DNA of 64,000 nucleotides from Octopus bimaculoides (Eukaryota). The notes beneath the pieces were generated by a model that ran no database searches, had not been told where the DNA came from, and saw nothing but the letters and a program-made list of their open reading frames with translations. The stretch's first letter is position 1, and each line of letters starts with the position of its first letter. A program made the position numbers and the translations under genes. Positions 62,443 to 64,000 of the stretch are shown in pieces. The stretch covers positions 147,300,399 to 147,364,398 of the forward strand of contig NC_068984.1 in assembly GCF_001194135.2 (NCBI RefSeq). The letters run 5' to 3'.

Positions 62443-62665
62443 AAAAGGTGGCGAGCTGGCAGAATGGTTAGCATGCCGAGCGAAATGCTTAGCGGCGTTT
62501 CGTCTGTCGCTACGTTCAAAGTTTAAATTTCATTGAGGTCAACTTTGCTTTTCATCCTTTCGGGGTCGATAAATTAAGTACCAGTCAAATACTGGGGTCA
62601 ATGTGTCCGATTTCCCCACCTCCCTGAAAAAATCTAGGCCTTGTGCCTGTAGTAGAAACGATTAT
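62443..62665 (+). mobile_element. SINE family C, near full length
   Basis: GGCGAGCTGGCAGAATGGTTAGCATGCCG..GAAATGCTTAGCGG...TTTCATCCTTTCGGGGTCGATAAATTAAGTACCAGTC...GGCCTTGTGCCTGTAGTAGAAACGATTAT. Confidence 0.9.
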
Positions 62666-63030
62666 CACAGTATTAAGATTATTAATATATAGAAAGGCCA
62701 AAGTTTTCAGGAGGAAGAATAAAGAAATTAGGAGTTGAGAGGCCACAATATTAAATTTGGTAAATCTGTTGTCTGTTTTGCTTCCAATGCCGTAGAGCCA
62801 CTTTGGTAACGGTGGCAGCGCAGTACGAAGTTCCAATATCGTTTTAAGGGGATTGACATCGAGAATGCTCTGGATAACTATTCCATAATCGCCTTTTGCA
62901 GTGGAAAGGGATTACTTAGCTTACATTTTAGTAAAAAGAGGACGTAAGTCTTGGGATTCTTAAGAATATTGCAAAGAGGCAAATGTATTGAGAGCTGTTT
63001 TCTTTTGTTGCTCTCTCTCTCCCGTACGTG

Positions 63031-63093
<63 letters not shown>

Positions 63094-63103
63094 NNNNNNN
63101 NNN

Positions 63104-63176
<73 letters not shown>

Positions 63177-63555
63177 CATATACCTACATTTATAAATATC
63201 TATACATATGCATCATATACAAATATGTGTATATATATTTATATTTATATGTGTGTATCTGTGTGCTCGTGTTTGTGTATGCGTTTGTGTGTGTGTCGGT
63301 GTGTGTGTGTTTGTGTACAGAGGGTGTAACATTTTGTGGCATGAAGAGATCACATATATATATTCCTTTCAGATTAATGTTAAAAGGATAACATCTACAT
63401 TATCTTCATTTACGAGTCTAATACCGGAAAACATAATTGCAGCATCAACAGCAAGAATCTAATGCCATTAGTATTTATAAAATGCCTTCTTGTTAATGTT
63501 GTTGTCCATGGTGGTTGTCGTGGTGCTACTACTGTTATTATTAATAGGGTAATGG

Positions 63556-63690
63556 ATTGGATTGGCAGAAACGTTAGGAGGTCGGAAAACTACTTTCCGG
63601 TGTTTATTTTGACACTAAATTTAGAGTTCAAATTTGTCTAAGGTAAATTTTACCTTTAATTCTTTCAATTGGTGTTGATGCAATCGAATA
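63556..63690 (+). mobile_element. SINE family C, heavily degenerate
   Basis: TTGGCAGAAACGTTAG...GAGTTCAAATT...CCTTTAATTCTTTC...GATGCAATCGA. Confidence 0.45.
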
Positions 63691-63709
63691 TATATATATA
63701 TAAATAATA

Positions 63710-63955
63710 TATAAACATATGCTTATATCCATACACATATGTACATACCTACATCAATATGTACACATACATGCATATATGGGTACATGACATCACAAAA
63801 GACCTTAAATACAATGAGAAACGAAAACAGAAAACGAACTTTTTTCGAATAACAAAAAAAACAAACACAGAAACGAGACATGCAACACAAAGAGTATAAC
63901 CCTTCGTCAGTTGTCCCTCTTCCATCTATTCCGCGTTTCGAAGGCAAGAACTATA
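63710..63955. repeat. Interspersed repeat family E, copy 2 (longer)
   Basis: Matches 25925-26090, then continues GCAACACAAAGAG..CCCTTCGTCAGTTGTCCC..CCGCGTTTCGAAGGCAAG. Confidence 0.85.
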
Positions 63956-64000
63956 TACACTTTAGTGGTCATCGTTATATATAAACATATGTATATATAT

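Noticed and set aside
62890-62950. Plus-strand 42-bp micro-exon (TTTTGCAG|...GAC|GTAAGT)
   Set aside because: Short, two frames open by chance, no homology and no partner exons identified.
63895-63950. Minus-strand GAAACGCG...CTGACGAAGG in family E, possible permuted hammerhead
   Set aside because: The UH cleavage site is absent (GAAACGCGGA), and CCTTC pairing would sequester G8/A9 of the core. It needs a family consensus before it can be judged.

Overview
Repeat-saturated, AT-rich animal genomic DNA from a draft assembly. It has 16 large N gaps (about 7.3 kb in total), nearly all bordered on at least one side by a microsatellite. The SINE families and extreme (TA)n/(CA)n/(GATA)n/(TAA)n load are consistent with an octopod cephalopod (inference). 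No host protein-coding gene, tRNA, rRNA or CRISPR array can be supported, and almost every long ORF in the supplied track is an artefact of microsatellites or N runs. Supported content: (1) about 16 copies or fragments of a bipartite tRNA-derived SINE (family AB: Pol III head, internal microsatellite, tail with a terminal hairpin). (2) About 11 copies or fragments of a second tRNA-derived SINE (family C). (3) LINE relics: five restriction-like-endonuclease (R4/NeSL-type) pieces, and one each of CR1, RTE and Tx1/L1. (4) Two to three GIY-YIG Penelope-like relics. (5) Four mariner/Tc1 loci. (6) An interstitial (CCCTAA)7 tract. Most interesting are three hammerhead-ribozyme-like motifs. One is a type I fold with an extended, bulged stem I inside a 295-bp unit bounded by 57-bp direct repeats, resembling a retrozyme. 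The other two are homologous minimal motifs with a palindromic ACGT stem III. The window also shows a SINE/LINE shared 3' hairpin with compensatory changes, and two R4/Dong-like elements stacked at a (TAA)n tract. All coordinates were read by eye, and repeat boundaries are approximate (about +/-20 bp).
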